From an uncultured bacterium (GTDB lineage: Bacteria; CG03; SLGR01; JAGXOG01): a DNA stretch of 64,000 nt. The stretch covers positions 8,351 to 72,350 of the forward strand of contig CAYZAK010000001.1 of the NCBI GenBank assembly GCA_964476445.1, in the 5' to 3' direction. Positions 19,188-29,924 of this stretch are shown one piece after another; within the stretch, counting starts at the first letter, position 1, and every line of letters starts with the position of its first letter. A model generated the notes under the pieces. That model was not told the origin of the DNA. It saw nothing but the letters and a program-made list of their open reading frames with translations, and did no database searches. A program made the translations under genes and the position numbers.

Positions 19188-19847
19188 TTAACCTCTTATT
19201 TTATCTATTAACTCTTTAGAGTTTTCTCTTAAAAAACTACCATATTTTTTTTCTTCCCACCCGCAATCCTTTAACACCTGTTTTATTTTTTGTCTATCAA
19301 GTAAATCATCCGGACCGTGTGTGTCTGTATTAAGTATAAGTTTACAGTTTTCCTTTTGAGCTACCCGAGCCACTTCATTGTTGGTGTTTCGGTGGCCCCG
19401 GCGGGTCGTCAACTCTATGTATACGTCATTTCTGGCGGCTTTACTGGCCTGCCGGGAAGTTAAACTTCCCGGGTGGGCAAGTATATCACAACTTTCTTCT
19501 ATTGCTGCCTTGTTAGTCCCGGGGGGGACAGGTTCAACCGAAGTTTCTCCGTGAACTACTACCAATTCAGCCCCCATTTTTCGGGCTTTTTTTATCATAC
19601 TTGATAAATTTTTTGGAGGCACATACGTTAATTCAACTCCGGGGATAACTTTTATATTATAATATCTTTCCAGCTGTATTGCCGCACCGGTCAGGGAATT
19701 TATAATAAAACTTATATTGGAATAATCAACGTGATCAGTTAAGGCCACCGTTTGGCAGCCTCTAACTTTATACCTGTAAACCAGCTCCGCCGGAGCAAGC
19801 ACCCCGTCCGATAAAAAAGTGTGAGTATGTAAATCAATAAGTTCCAT
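19188..19847 (-). CDS. PHP-domain metal-dependent phosphoesterase
   Basis: MELIDLHTHTFLSDGVLAP...VALTDHVDY...VVHGETSVEP...NTDTHGPDD histidine/aspartate metal ligands of the PHP family. Confidence 0.7.
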   Translation of the reverse strand: MELIDLHTHTFLSDGVLAPAELVYRYKVRGCQTVALTDHVDYSNISFIINSLTGAAIQLERYYNIKVIPGVELTYVPPKNLSSMIKKARKMGAELVVVHGETSVEPVPPGTNKAAIEESCDILAHPGSLTSRQASKAARNDVYIELTTRRGHRNTNNEVARVAQKENCKLILNTDTHGPDDLLDRQKIKQVLKDCGWEEKKYGSFLRENSKELIDKIRG

Positions 19848-19891
19848 AATATTAGCTTAAAAATATACTAATTAGTCAGTAAAAAATCAAT

Positions 19892-21976
19892 CTATATTTT
19901 TTCTAATTTTTCTGCGGGCACCCATATTCTTCTATTTTCATACTCTAAAATTACTTCGGCCCAGTTATCCGTAAACTGTAGAATTAATACTTTATTGCCT
20001 TCAGACAACCTACCCGCTACTGAAGTTCTGTCATCAAAATCACTGTATATTGAAGTCTCCTCTATTATAACGGCCGGGCCGGGCGGGGGGTCTCTTAAAG
20101 AATATATATACATATAGCCGGCTAAACATGAGAATATAATAAATCCTCCGATTCCCACCCAGATATACTTTTTATCTTTTAAAATATAAAATCCCAGAAA
20201 GCTCAAACTAAAAATCCAGCCCCAAAATACAGATAACAATACCAATTTTTCAAAAGAAAAATATTCTTTAAATCCACTGTATATTGATAAAGTTCCCCCC
20301 CTGTTTCCGGTAAATTTTTTAACCAAATTTATATTTTGTACCGTTTTTTTATTAAACGGATTAATTTCATAAGCCCGTTCCCAGTAAAGCCGGGCTTTAC
20401 CCGGTTTATTAAGATGCCAGTAACTATTTCCAAGATTGTACAAAATTCCTTCATAAATTTTATACTTTAATATAGTATTATATTTTTGAACGGCCAGCTC
20501 AAATTCATTTTCTTTATAAAATTCATTAGCGGTTTTAAAAATTTTTTGTTCACTTAACTGATAGTCTATATCTTCTCTTACATTTCCCCAACCGACAACC
20601 GGGGAAGTCCCTACCAGTACAATCAAGATCTTTATACTTTTCTTTATTATTTTTTTAATTTTATTTAAATCCCGGGCTGCGGATCTTTTATTTCCCCTAT
20701 AATCAGGAGAATATATAATTTTACGTGACCGGGCAACAATACTTTCACCTTCCGGAGGAAGTTTATCCGGTTCGCCTGAAATATTTTCAATAATTTTATA
20801 AACTTCCATTATTTGATTTTTATTTAATTTATCTTTAGCCTCTTTAAATTTTTTATTTATTTCTCTTTTTTTCCTTAGCTTAGGATACGCTGGTTTAAAA
20901 ATATATTTATTTGAAAATTTGTATAAAAGGGCCAGAATCCAGATATAAATAGGAATACCGGCGAGAACTCTGAAAATTTTTCTATCATAAATTGGCTCCC
21001 GGAAAGGCCGACCCATATTTAGGGTGATATCTGATATACCGCCGTTTACCATTGGGTATTTATCCTCGCTAAAACGATTAATTTTAGATTCCGCGACTTC
21101 ACGGGTAGCTGCTTCAACCTTAAATGATACGGGCTGGCTTCTCTTTGTAATATATTTTTTAGTATAGGGGTTAAAATAATTAAATATTACCGGGGGAACT
21201 CTAAGAACGCCTGAAGAAACCGGGACTAAAGTTGTTTTGAAAGTTCTTTTGCTATAAACGTTATTTGCTTTATTTTTAATATCAAAATCCGAGTCTGTTC
21301 CCATAACTTTAAAATCTGGTAAATGGGGTAAATCCGGACTTTTTATAAGCCGGAGATCTCCACGACCTTTTATTTTTTTAATTAAAGTAACCGCCTCTCC
21401 TTTTGAAATTGGTCCCTCTTTATCGGTCTGAACTTTAAAAGTAAAATCCCCCACCCCGCCGGAAAAATCAGCGGGTCTGTTTTTTGCGGGTAACGGTTTT
21501 ACTTCAAGAAGCAGAGCACCGGTTTCTAATTTTAATTCCTCATCTGTTGTAAATTGAAATACCCCGGACACCCCGTCTACCCCTTCTACAATTAACTTTA
21601 TCTGGGCTGGCTCTATTTTAAATCTACCAGATCTCATTGGAAAAAAACCAAATTTTCTTTCGGTTAAAATATAAGTCTGTCCCCCGGGGCCGGTGGTCTT
21701 TTCTTTTTTTCTATCCAGATCCACTCTCATAAAATCAGAATAATCAGGAAGCCTAAGGCGAGGGGTATCCTCAACTGGCCGGCCCCTAAAAAACCTAAAA
21801 GTATAGGTTAATTGTTCGCCGGCGTAAATACTTTTTTTATCCAATTCCTGTTCAACTATAAAATCTTCTATTTCTATTTCTTTAGGGTAGGTTTTTATGC
21901 TGTATATCCGTCTTTGACTGTGTAAAAACTCCAGCGGATACAATATTAAAATAAAAAAAAATATGATCTTTACCAT
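19892..21976 (-). CDS. batD: BatD-like protein (aerotolerance operon) with embedded TPR repeats and TM helices
   Basis: Signal peptide, large N-terminal extracytoplasmic domain, TM helices (YIWILALLYKF, FWGWIFSLSFLGFYIL, IWVGIGGFIIFSCLAGYMYIY) and TPR-like repeats; terminal position in a Bat-type operon. Confidence 0.55.
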   Translation of the reverse strand: MVKIIFFFILILYPLEFLHSQRRIYSIKTYPKEIEIEDFIVEQELDKKSIYAGEQLTYTFRFFRGRPVEDTPRLRLPDYSDFMRVDLDRKKEKTTGPGGQTYILTERKFGFFPMRSGRFKIEPAQIKLIVEGVDGVSGVFQFTTDEELKLETGALLLEVKPLPAKNRPADFSGGVGDFTFKVQTDKEGPISKGEAVTLIKKIKGRGDLRLIKSPDLPHLPDFKVMGTDSDFDIKNKANNVYSKRTFKTTLVPVSSGVLRVPPVIFNYFNPYTKKYITKRSQPVSFKVEAATREVAESKINRFSEDKYPMVNGGISDITLNMGRPFREPIYDRKIFRVLAGIPIYIWILALLYKFSNKYIFKPAYPKLRKKREINKKFKEAKDKLNKNQIMEVYKIIENISGEPDKLPPEGESIVARSRKIIYSPDYRGNKRSAARDLNKIKKIIKKSIKILIVLVGTSPVVGWGNVREDIDYQLSEQKIFKTANEFYKENEFELAVQKYNTILKYKIYEGILYNLGNSYWHLNKPGKARLYWERAYEINPFNKKTVQNINLVKKFTGNRGGTLSIYSGFKEYFSFEKLVLLSVFWGWIFSLSFLGFYILKDKKYIWVGIGGFIIFSCLAGYMYIYSLRDPPPGPAVIIEETSIYSDFDDRTSVAGRLSEGNKVLILQFTDNWAEVILEYENRRIWVPAEKLEKI

Positions 21977-22578
21977 AATTTATCCAGTCCGTAAAAATCG
22001 GAAATATCAAAATGCATCTCTCTTTTTATTTCCTGTTCTTCATGTTCAATCAGATTTAAAATTTGTTCGGCTAACTGCTCATCTTCGGTTTCCGGCTCCC
22101 GATCCAACTCTCCTTCGTCTTCTTCAGGCTCGGCGCCGTCTTGTTTTTCTTGTTCACTTCCTTTCTTTTCCTGTAAAGCAACCAGTAGATTATGGCGAGC
22201 ATCTTCGTCTTCTGAATCCACAATAAGAGCTTTTATCCAATATTCTACGGCTTCTGATTTTTTCTCCCGTTCATACTCAGTATTACCCAGATTATAAAGG
22301 GTTTTCTGGTTAATTCTAGAGTCTCCTATAGAAATAGCACTGTTGTAGTATTCAGCTGCTTTTTCATAATTGCCCCTTTTAAAAAAAACATTCCCTAAAT
22401 TATATAATACCTCTGGACCCTCTTTTTTTTCTTTTGCTCTCTTATAAATAACTGCCGCGCTACTGTAATATTTATTGTAGTATAGTCTATTACCCTCCTG
22501 TATGAGTTTTTCCACCGAACACTCTGCCTGCAAAATCATTGATAAAAATATTATGACCGTTCCTAATAACTTTTTCAT
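21970..22578 (-). CDS. batC: BatC-like secreted TPR protein with acidic C-terminal tail
   Basis: Signal peptide then three TPR-like repeats (YYNKYYSSAAVIYKRAKE, LYNLGNVFFKRGNYEKAAEYYNSAI, LYNLGNTEYEREKKSEAVEYWIKAL) and a D/E-rich tail. Confidence 0.55.
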   Translation of the reverse strand: MKKLLGTVIIFLSMILQAECSVEKLIQEGNRLYYNKYYSSAAVIYKRAKEKKEGPEVLYNLGNVFFKRGNYEKAAEYYNSAISIGDSRINQKTLYNLGNTEYEREKKSEAVEYWIKALIVDSEDEDARHNLLVALQEKKGSEQEKQDGAEPEEDEGELDREPETEDEQLAEQILNLIEHEEQEIKREMHFDISDFYGLDKLW

Positions 22579-23585
22579 ATTAATTTACCCCGGGTTCCTA
22601 CCATAAAATCAATTAATAATACCAGCAATGCTAAAAAAAGAGGTAGCTGATAGCGAAGTTTAAGATTCTGCAAACTATCTCTTTTGATATCATCTACAGT
22701 CTGAATATTTACGGCCCCGGCAATTTCAGTTATATCATCTAATTTTTTTGAATACCCTATATATTCCCCGCCGGTTTTCTCGGCTAAATTTTCAAGCAAT
22801 TCCTCATCTAATTTAGATACCACAATATCTCCGGAAGGGCCTCTTTTATAGGAGGTAATTTTACCATTTTCATAAAAAGGGATTCTAGCTCCTTCCGAGG
22901 TGCCTATTCCATAGGTAATTACCTTTATATTCTCTCTATTTAATTGCTTTATCCTTTTTTTATAGTCCCCCTGAAGTTCTTCGCCATCGGTTATAAGTAC
23001 TATATATCTTTGAACAACATGTTTTGAAGTCGGGAAAGATTCTATAGCGAGATTTAAAGCTTCTTCTATATTGGTTCCGGGGAGAAGTACCATATCATCC
23101 CAGGCATCTTCTACAAAAGATTCTACCGCATTAAGATCAAAAGTTACCGGACAATGATTAAAAGCCGATCCGGCAAAAAATATAAGGCCAATTCTGCACT
23201 GAGCTAGTTCCTGGATAATAAAATTAATTTTTTTCTGTGCGGCATCTATTCGGGAAGGAGCTATGTCTTCAGCCCTCATACTTGAAGATATATCGGTAGC
23301 TATTATTACATCCCCGGCAGGTTTTTGGACTTCACCCTCGTATATAATACCCCATCGCGGGCCGGCGGCGGATATAATCAACACTATCAGGCCGAGAAAC
23401 AGTAAAATTAACTTTAATATAATTTTAGTTGAAGAATATTTTACAATTCCTTCAACTTTGACCATATATTTAAAATCGAAAATCCTTTTTAATGCTCGAT
23501 AAAACAACCCCAAACCGATGAAAAAAAGTACCGGTAAAAAAATGAGAACAATAGGGTTTTCCCACTTCATCGAATCAGCCCCCAA
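22575..23585 (-). CDS. batB: VWA-domain protein BatB-like
   Basis: Two N-terminal TM helices, then a von Willebrand factor A domain with MIDAS motif DISSSM...; C-terminal TM. Confidence 0.7.
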   Translation of the reverse strand: MGADSMKWENPIVLIFLPVLFFIGLGLFYRALKRIFDFKYMVKVEGIVKYSSTKIILKLILLFLGLIVLIISAAGPRWGIIYEGEVQKPAGDVIIATDISSSMRAEDIAPSRIDAAQKKINFIIQELAQCRIGLIFFAGSAFNHCPVTFDLNAVESFVEDAWDDMVLLPGTNIEEALNLAIESFPTSKHVVQRYIVLITDGEELQGDYKKRIKQLNRENIKVITYGIGTSEGARIPFYENGKITSYKRGPSGDIVVSKLDEELLENLAEKTGGEYIGYSKKLDDITEIAGAVNIQTVDDIKRDSLQNLKLRYQLPLFLALLVLLIDFMVGTRGKLI

Positions 23586-24553
23586 TTTAAAAATCTTAAA
23601 ATTATTTCCGCCACCATAAACAGTAAGGCGGCTAATATAAAATTAAAATATAATTCATTATACTGGTAATGTCCCCTATGGGGGACATCTCTTGTTTCTA
23701 ATTTTTCAATCTCCTCATAAATTTCATTAAATTTCATTAAAGACGTGGCTCTAAAATATTTTCCACCGGTCTTTTCAGCGATCCGGGTTAAAGTTTCTTC
23801 ATCCAGTTCATCGGGGATGGTGACTAACCTGGTTTTAAACTGATCTTCGGGATGCTCTACAGGTACTCTCGCAGGGCCCGGACGGCCACAACCTATAGTG
23901 TAGATTTTTATTCCCATCCCCCGGGCCGCGCGGGCGGCAGTCAGGGGAGCAATAGTTCCGGCATTATTAGCTCCATCGGAGAGCAGCACCATTACCTGTT
24001 CCGGAGCATCGGCTTTTTCAAGATATTTCAGTCCCAGAGAAATTCCGCTGCCTATAGCCGTTCCCGGTATTTTTACCATGCCAGGTTCTATATATTCGGT
24101 CAGCCGGATTAGAGATTTTGTATCAGTAGTAAGAGGGGCATGCAACAGGGGCTTCCCGGAAAAAACCACCAATCCTATTCTATCCATGGCCCTGGACTTA
24201 ATAAATTCTCTACTTCCTATCAAAGCGGCCTCCATCCGGTTTCGGGGTTCAAAATCTATGGCTCTCATACTGGTAGAAACATCCAAAACCATCATAATAT
24301 CCACCGCCGGGTTAACCGGTGATTTCTCTTCAATTTCTCCTTTAGGCCGGGCTAGGGCCAGAATAATGAGCGTGAATACAATTCCTCTTAAAACAAAAAA
24401 AATATATTTTCTTAGTACACTACTTTTAATATTTGCTTTTAAAAACCCGGCTAACGAATATTCTATTGTTCCCGGACGTTGTTTAAATTTCCAATAAAAA
24501 ATTAATACCACCGGAATAATTAAAACTAAAAATAAAGGGTTCTCAAATTTCAT
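23567..24553 (-). CDS. batA: VWA-domain protein BatA-like
   Basis: N-terminal TM pair, VWA domain with MIDAS DVSTSM; C-terminal TM; overlaps neighbours, as is typical of the bat operon. Confidence 0.7.
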   Translation of the reverse strand: MKFENPLFLVLIIPVVLIFYWKFKQRPGTIEYSLAGFLKANIKSSVLRKYIFFVLRGIVFTLIILALARPKGEIEEKSPVNPAVDIMMVLDVSTSMRAIDFEPRNRMEAALIGSREFIKSRAMDRIGLVVFSGKPLLHAPLTTDTKSLIRLTEYIEPGMVKIPGTAIGSGISLGLKYLEKADAPEQVMVLLSDGANNAGTIAPLTAARAARGMGIKIYTIGCGRPGPARVPVEHPEDQFKTRLVTIPDELDEETLTRIAEKTGGKYFRATSLMKFNEIYEEIEKLETRDVPHRGHYQYNELYFNFILAALLFMVAEIILRFLNWGLIR

Positions 24554-25361
24554 CAGATATAAGAGTAAAAGCCTCTTCCCAAATTTTTTCCATATATCTA
24601 GGCTTTCTTCCCTGGGGAGAAAACTTAATTTTATCGCATTTTATTAAAAGTTTAGTCACTCTATTTAAATTTTTCCGGTTAAAAATAATTTTTAATTTAT
24701 TATCTAACTCCAAACCGGTTAAATTCAGAGCGTTTATCTTGTATTGTTTCTCTATATAATATCTCATATAATAGGAAATCTTTTCATAGTACTCTTTATA
24801 TTTTTTCTGGCCGGGCAGATTTTGTTTTTTTAGTTCTTTGAGTCGTTTTAAGGTTATTTCTCTGATAGATAAAGTTTTTGAATCTGCTTTTTGGGGGATT
24901 TTGTTTTTAAGAACAATATAAACAATAACAGCAGTCAGTATAATCAAAAACGCCGTAAATAACCACTGTATAAAATTTATTTCAACTACTGTTTTTATCG
25001 GACGGATATCTTCATTTTTAAGTTCTTTTTCCTCCACATTTACTACCAGCGTAGAAAGTTCTGCTCGTTTTATTATCTCACCGTCTAAATAATATAATGT
25101 TACCGGTATTTTAACTTCCCCAAGAGCATAGACCCCCAGAGTTACTGCCAGTCGGTCTTCTTTTAGCTCCTTATTGAATATATGTATGTCTTCGGATTCA
25201 ATTTTTACTTCTTTAACATTATAATGACGGTATTCTTCTAAAAAAATTTCTACTTCGGTTTTCATACCCAAACCGGTAGTAATTCTTTCACCGGACTGAG
25301 AAAATATTAATCTAAGGGGGGAGGTTAGTAATATAAATAAGCAGAGTGCTATAATTTTCAT
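24543..25361 (-). CDS. Small membrane protein of the Bat operon (DUF4381-like position)
   Basis: Signal peptide, central TM helix WLFTAFLIILTAVIVYIVL, K-rich C-terminus; located between the DUF58 and VWA genes as in canonical Bat operons. Confidence 0.4.
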   Translation of the reverse strand: MKIIALCLFILLTSPLRLIFSQSGERITTGLGMKTEVEIFLEEYRHYNVKEVKIESEDIHIFNKELKEDRLAVTLGVYALGEVKIPVTLYYLDGEIIKRAELSTLVVNVEEKELKNEDIRPIKTVVEINFIQWLFTAFLIILTAVIVYIVLKNKIPQKADSKTLSIREITLKRLKELKKQNLPGQKKYKEYYEKISYYMRYYIEKQYKINALNLTGLELDNKLKIIFNRKNLNRVTKLLIKCDKIKFSPQGRKPRYMEKIWEEAFTLISDEI

Positions 25362-26236
25362 CGTTTTTTAAACCGCCGTTTAAAATATGAGAAAAGATCC
25401 TTAAAATAGGGGCGGTTAGTAAAAAGCTCTACGTAATCCAGCTTCATTTTCTTAAAATTTTTCGAGCGACGTCGGTTTAATTTCCTAAGTTTTTCCCTGA
25501 CCTGTTTAACTTTATTTTTGGGAAGAAAAAACGACTTTCCACTTTCGCTGTCTTTAAAAATTATATCATATTGTAACCGGGGGAACTCCTCATGATTTTC
25601 CCAGGGATCTGTTATTACCACCGGGATAACATCATGTTTTTTAGAAAGTATTTTAAGAGGCTTTTCATAACCCGGTTCTAAAAAATCACTAACAACAAAG
25701 ATAACCGCTCTTTTTTTTGTCATATTGTAAGCATATTTAAGAGCTTTGCCCAGATCGGTTCCTTTACCTTTTACCCGGTAGGCAAGTACTTCCCGGATAA
25801 GTTTAAGAATCTGATGTCTGTCTTTACGGGGTTTCACATATTCCTCTATAACATCCGAAAAAATCAGCATTCCTACACGATCATTATTAACTATGGCCGA
25901 CCAGGCTAAAAGAGCGGTGATCTGGGCAGCCATCTCTTTTTTTGTTTTCTGGCTCCCAAAATTTAAGGATGGACTTAAATCCAGTAAAATTAAAAGGGTG
26001 AGTTCACGTTCTTCTACAAATTTTTGAATATAAGGCTTTCCATACCTGGCGGTTACTTTCCAGTCAATATTTCTTATATCATCTCCGGGTACGTATTCTC
26101 GGACTTCTTCAAACTCAATCCCGGTCCCTTTAAATACGCTTCTGTATTCACCGGCAAATACATTTTCAACCGACTTTTTAACTTTAAAAAATATTTTTAG
26201 TATATTTTTAAATAAATCTGTTTCTTCTTTTTCCAT
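25358..26236 (-). CDS. DUF58 protein (MoxR-associated)
   Basis: Size and position immediately downstream of the MoxR ATPase; motif DDIRNIDWKVTARYGKPYIQKFVEERELT, typical of DUF58. Confidence 0.7.
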   Translation of the reverse strand: MEKEETDLFKNILKIFFKVKKSVENVFAGEYRSVFKGTGIEFEEVREYVPGDDIRNIDWKVTARYGKPYIQKFVEERELTLLILLDLSPSLNFGSQKTKKEMAAQITALLAWSAIVNNDRVGMLIFSDVIEEYVKPRKDRHQILKLIREVLAYRVKGKGTDLGKALKYAYNMTKKRAVIFVVSDFLEPGYEKPLKILSKKHDVIPVVITDPWENHEEFPRLQYDIIFKDSESGKSFFLPKNKVKQVREKLRKLNRRRSKNFKKMKLDYVELFTNRPYFKDLFSYFKRRFKKR

Positions 26237-26282
26237 AAATTTTCAGATTATTTAAATCCGGTAAAAGTACGGTGTTCCGGCG

Positions 26283-27266
26283 TCAAGGTATTTCTATATG
26301 CTCAAATATCTGCTCTATTATATCTTCTGAGGTCAGTTCTTCTGCTTCCGCTTCATAACTTAGAATAACCCGGTGCCTTAATACATCGTAGCCAATTTTC
26401 TTAATATCTTCCGGTATAACATATCCTCTTTTATTTATAAAAGCAAGAGCTCTGGCCGCCTCAATCAAGTATATACTGGCCCGAGGACTGGCACCGTACT
26501 CAATAAGATGATCTAAATTTTTCAGACCGCTGCTTTCAGGTTCTCTAGTAGCAAAAACAAGATTAATAACATAATCTTTTATCCGCTCATCCACATATAT
26601 TAACTTCACAACATCCTGCGCTTTTTTCAATTCCCTGTAATTAGTTATCTTTTCGGGTTCTTCAATACCATTTACGGCAACCCGGTTTAAAATTTCCTTT
26701 TCCTCATTTTTAGATGTATAATCCACCTTAACTTTAAGCATAAACCTATCCACCTGAGCTTCGGGTAATGGATATGTGCCTTCCTGTTCAATAGGATTTT
26801 GAGTGGCCAGAACTAAAAAAGGGGAGGGTAAATTATGGGTGGTTTTTCCTATGGTAACCTGGTTTTCCTGCATCGCCTCTAATAGAGCGCTCTGCACTTT
26901 AGCTGGAGCTCTATTTATCTCATCCGCTAGTACAATCTGGGAAAATATAGGGCCCAGTTTAGGAGTAAACTCCGCATTTTTGGGATTATATATTAACGTT
27001 CCTATAAGGTCGGCCGGCAACAGATCCGGAGTAAATTGTATTCTTTTAAAATTTAAATCAAGTATCTTTGATAAAGTACTTACCGAAAGTGTTTTTGCAA
27101 GTCCGGGAACTCCTTCAAGCAAAAGATGTCTCTGACACAAAAGACCTATTAACATCCGGTCTATCAGAGCTTTTTGGCCGACAATAACTTTTCCCATCTG
27201 ACCAACCAGTTCAGATACAAATTTACTCTCTTGTTTAATTTTTTCTTCTATCTGTTCTAATTCCAT
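26283..27266 (-). CDS. moxR: MoxR-family AAA+ ATPase
   Basis: Walker A LLLEGVPGLAKT; Walker B VLADEINRAP; sensor/arginine finger regions; ~320 aa MoxR architecture. Confidence 0.88.
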   Translation of the reverse strand: MELEQIEEKIKQESKFVSELVGQMGKVIVGQKALIDRMLIGLLCQRHLLLEGVPGLAKTLSVSTLSKILDLNFKRIQFTPDLLPADLIGTLIYNPKNAEFTPKLGPIFSQIVLADEINRAPAKVQSALLEAMQENQVTIGKTTHNLPSPFLVLATQNPIEQEGTYPLPEAQVDRFMLKVKVDYTSKNEEKEILNRVAVNGIEEPEKITNYRELKKAQDVVKLIYVDERIKDYVINLVFATREPESSGLKNLDHLIEYGASPRASIYLIEAARALAFINKRGYVIPEDIKKIGYDVLRHRVILSYEAEAEELTSEDIIEQIFEHIEIP

Positions 27267-27361
27267 GAGTATCCTCCTTAAAGAGTGAATTTTAAATAAC
27301 TCTATGTTTACAATTTAAAAATAGAAATAATTACAATAAATAAAAGAAGTGAATTTAAAGG

Positions 27362-28504
27362 TCAATCAAGTATTGCATCGCCCATCCCATCGGGTTCGTC
27401 CTGTTCTTCCTGGCCGTCGGGCTTATGATGTATTTTATTAATTATTTTTTTAACTACAACAAAATATACTACCAGCGGTACTATCAAGAAAATCCCCAGA
27501 AAAGCCCACCAGGACATTGCCGCTTCCGGCCCCCCGGTAATTAACTGGGTCGTAAATCTATCAAGATTAAAAATAATAATTATAAAAGAACTATATATTA
27601 AACTGAAATTAGTCCTTGGGTCACTGGCTTTTACCAGTTCAAAACCCTCGGTCCGGGGGGCAAGTAAAGGCCACAGAAGCGAACCGCCTATATGCCCGGT
27701 CATATCTTCGGTTATATGGGTGGCAAAGCCTATAAAAGCAACTAAAGGGTACATCCACCATAAATACAGCCCCATAATATAGGTAATTATTCCCACGGGT
27801 ATGGATATTAAAATCCCCAAAACATATGAATGGCTCCAGGTTCTATGCCAGGGCAACCAGTTAAAGTATATGTTCCCATCGGTCTCTTTTTCCAGACCAA
27901 ACATTGTACTTGAAAGTATATCTATGGTAGATGGTTGTACTCTGGTTTTTTTCTTTTCTCCCCCTTTAATTTTCTTTCTTAAAAATCTTATAGACCGGTT
28001 TAACCAATCCACCTCGTCCGAACGCGGTTTTAAGGTATGGTTTAATTTAGCTCTTCCCACCCTATTTTTTTCAGGAGCGGTTCCCTCAAACGGAATCTGA
28101 GACGTGCTGACAATTTCATTTATCTGAACTACCACTTCATCCTTTTCAAAGAAAATACAATACTGCCTCCATCTGTTTCCACCCAGCTGTATAGGGAAAT
28201 ACTGTATCCGTACTTCTTTTCCGGTACGGGCTGCTTCATCTACAGCATTGGCAAATGCCTGAGCCATCTTCTGGGGATCAGGATTGCGGGGATCAGGATC
28301 AATTTCATATTCGGGATCCTGAAAAAACTGACCAAATTTAAAATCAAGGGTATCGGGCATAATACCGTACATACCGGCGAGAACTAAAATAAAACTGGAA
28401 GAAGCTCCCTGTACATCTAAACGGGAAGAGACCGACATTCTAACCACCTGGGGTATAAAAGTGGATACTGCAACTCCGGAGACAAAATGGGTAAGACCTT
28501 TCAT
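27362..28504 (-). CDS. Membrane-bound metal-dependent hydrolase, DUF457/YdjM-like, with a large soluble insertion
   Basis: N-terminus MKGLTHFVSGV and later GIMPDTLDF ... FATHITEDMTGHIGGSLLWPL resemble DUF457 histidine motifs; a ~170 aa charged insertion sits between the membrane segments. Confidence 0.45.
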   Translation of the reverse strand: MKGLTHFVSGVAVSTFIPQVVRMSVSSRLDVQGASSSFILVLAGMYGIMPDTLDFKFGQFFQDPEYEIDPDPRNPDPQKMAQAFANAVDEAARTGKEVRIQYFPIQLGGNRWRQYCIFFEKDEVVVQINEIVSTSQIPFEGTAPEKNRVGRAKLNHTLKPRSDEVDWLNRSIRFLRKKIKGGEKKKTRVQPSTIDILSSTMFGLEKETDGNIYFNWLPWHRTWSHSYVLGILISIPVGIITYIMGLYLWWMYPLVAFIGFATHITEDMTGHIGGSLLWPLLAPRTEGFELVKASDPRTNFSLIYSSFIIIIFNLDRFTTQLITGGPEAAMSWWAFLGIFLIVPLVVYFVVVKKIINKIHHKPDGQEEQDEPDGMGDAILD

Positions 28505-28508
28505 TGGA

Positions 28509-29924
28509 TTAAATCAACCCGAATACTCTGGCCACCGCATCACCGTAACCGGCCATATTCAAAGCTATTGGAACTAAAAGAACTGCCATACAGTGACTGC
28601 GCCGGCAACCGTAAAAAACCGGAATTAAACCTATGCTAGTTGTTATAAGGGATATGCCTATCCCCAGCCACCCCCCACCAACAAAAAATATTATTGAAAA
28701 TACAACGACCAGACCCACAATATAAATTAGCCTTAAATTTAACTTAGGCAATATTTTAACCATCCAGTTTACAATATATATAAGAAGTATAAAAGCCAGC
28801 GAACCGCTAAAAAGTATAGAGCTAATCATTACAAAAAAATCGCCTTTTTCAGCAGTAAATATGGGCCTTAAAATAAATGTTAACCCTCCCCGTCCGGTTC
28901 CAAATGGGGTAAGTTCGGTAAGAATAAATAAAAGTAAAAAAGCTCCGACATAGTATAAAAGTTTTATCATACCACCGGCTATCAGAAAAATTCTTTCCTG
29001 TCTGTAGTACATTTCTGGAGTATGCAGATGTTTATGTTCCTTTTCATTAATGGGATCTGTAAATTCCGCACGTTCTATATTTCGATGGTTGGTGACATGT
29101 CCGGCCCACATCGCTCCTATACCGGCAGTTACCGCCGGAAGATAAGCGGCCATCATCCCCCCTACAAAACCGGGTAATAAACCATATCCAAAATCTTCCC
29201 AGCCTGCACTAATATAATCATTATCATACTGTTTGGGTGGCTGGTAATTGGATATCAGGGCCTGTATTATAGAAGGTATGGCAAAAAAACCTATAAACAC
29301 CGGCATTATATTCTGAAAACTGGATTCCACCGGTAAAATTGGTTTGGTAAGAAAAATAAGGCCGAATATAGCGGCCAAGGTAAAGGTGGCCAGTCCGGCA
29401 AAACAGTTTCTCCAGGCCTCTTTAAACTTCTGCCAGGGAGTATCTCCCCGGCCCGCTCCTTTGGGCCACTCGCTCATCAAATAATGAATTATGACCAACC
29501 CCAGCACCCAGTGCAGGTGAGGGCCGGTAACTCTTGCTATATATGGCCACATATACCAAAAATAAGGATATAGAAGAGCTAAAAAAACTACTCCGACAAG
29601 CGTTCCCAACCCGGTTAAAAGACTGGCATCTTTTCCCCTACCCCGGGTAACCATATCGGTAGAAGGAAGCATAGATGCTCCTGCGGATTCATCAGCAGTA
29701 TTAAAAAAAGTCATGGGTACAGTATTTATAAAAGCAAAAGCAACCACCAGAGACATAAAAAAAGGAGCCAGAGCATAGTAAGGAATAATTCCCCTTATAC
29801 TTAACCAGGCAATCATGGCGATGCCTGCTACATTGTATATGTGGAGAGCGGGAATCGAACAAAAAAGCGCGCCCAGCAGGGTTCCCAAAATCACATATCC
29901 TATAATTACCGGGCCGACTTCCAT
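28509..29924 (-). CDS. Polytopic integral membrane protein (about 12 predicted TM helices; possibly TctA/DUF112-like)
   Basis: Hydrophobicity pattern with Gly/Pro-rich re-entrant-like motifs (GLLPGFVGGMMAAYLPAVTAGIGAMWAG); no catalytic motif recognised. Confidence 0.4.
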   Translation of the reverse strand: MEVGPVIIGYVILGTLLGALFCSIPALHIYNVAGIAMIAWLSIRGIIPYYALAPFFMSLVVAFAFINTVPMTFFNTADESAGASMLPSTDMVTRGRGKDASLLTGLGTLVGVVFLALLYPYFWYMWPYIARVTGPHLHWVLGLVIIHYLMSEWPKGAGRGDTPWQKFKEAWRNCFAGLATFTLAAIFGLIFLTKPILPVESSFQNIMPVFIGFFAIPSIIQALISNYQPPKQYDNDYISAGWEDFGYGLLPGFVGGMMAAYLPAVTAGIGAMWAGHVTNHRNIERAEFTDPINEKEHKHLHTPEMYYRQERIFLIAGGMIKLLYYVGAFLLLFILTELTPFGTGRGGLTFILRPIFTAEKGDFFVMISSILFSGSLAFILLIYIVNWMVKILPKLNLRLIYIVGLVVVFSIIFFVGGGWLGIGISLITTSIGLIPVFYGCRRSHCMAVLLVPIALNMAGYGDAVARVFGLI

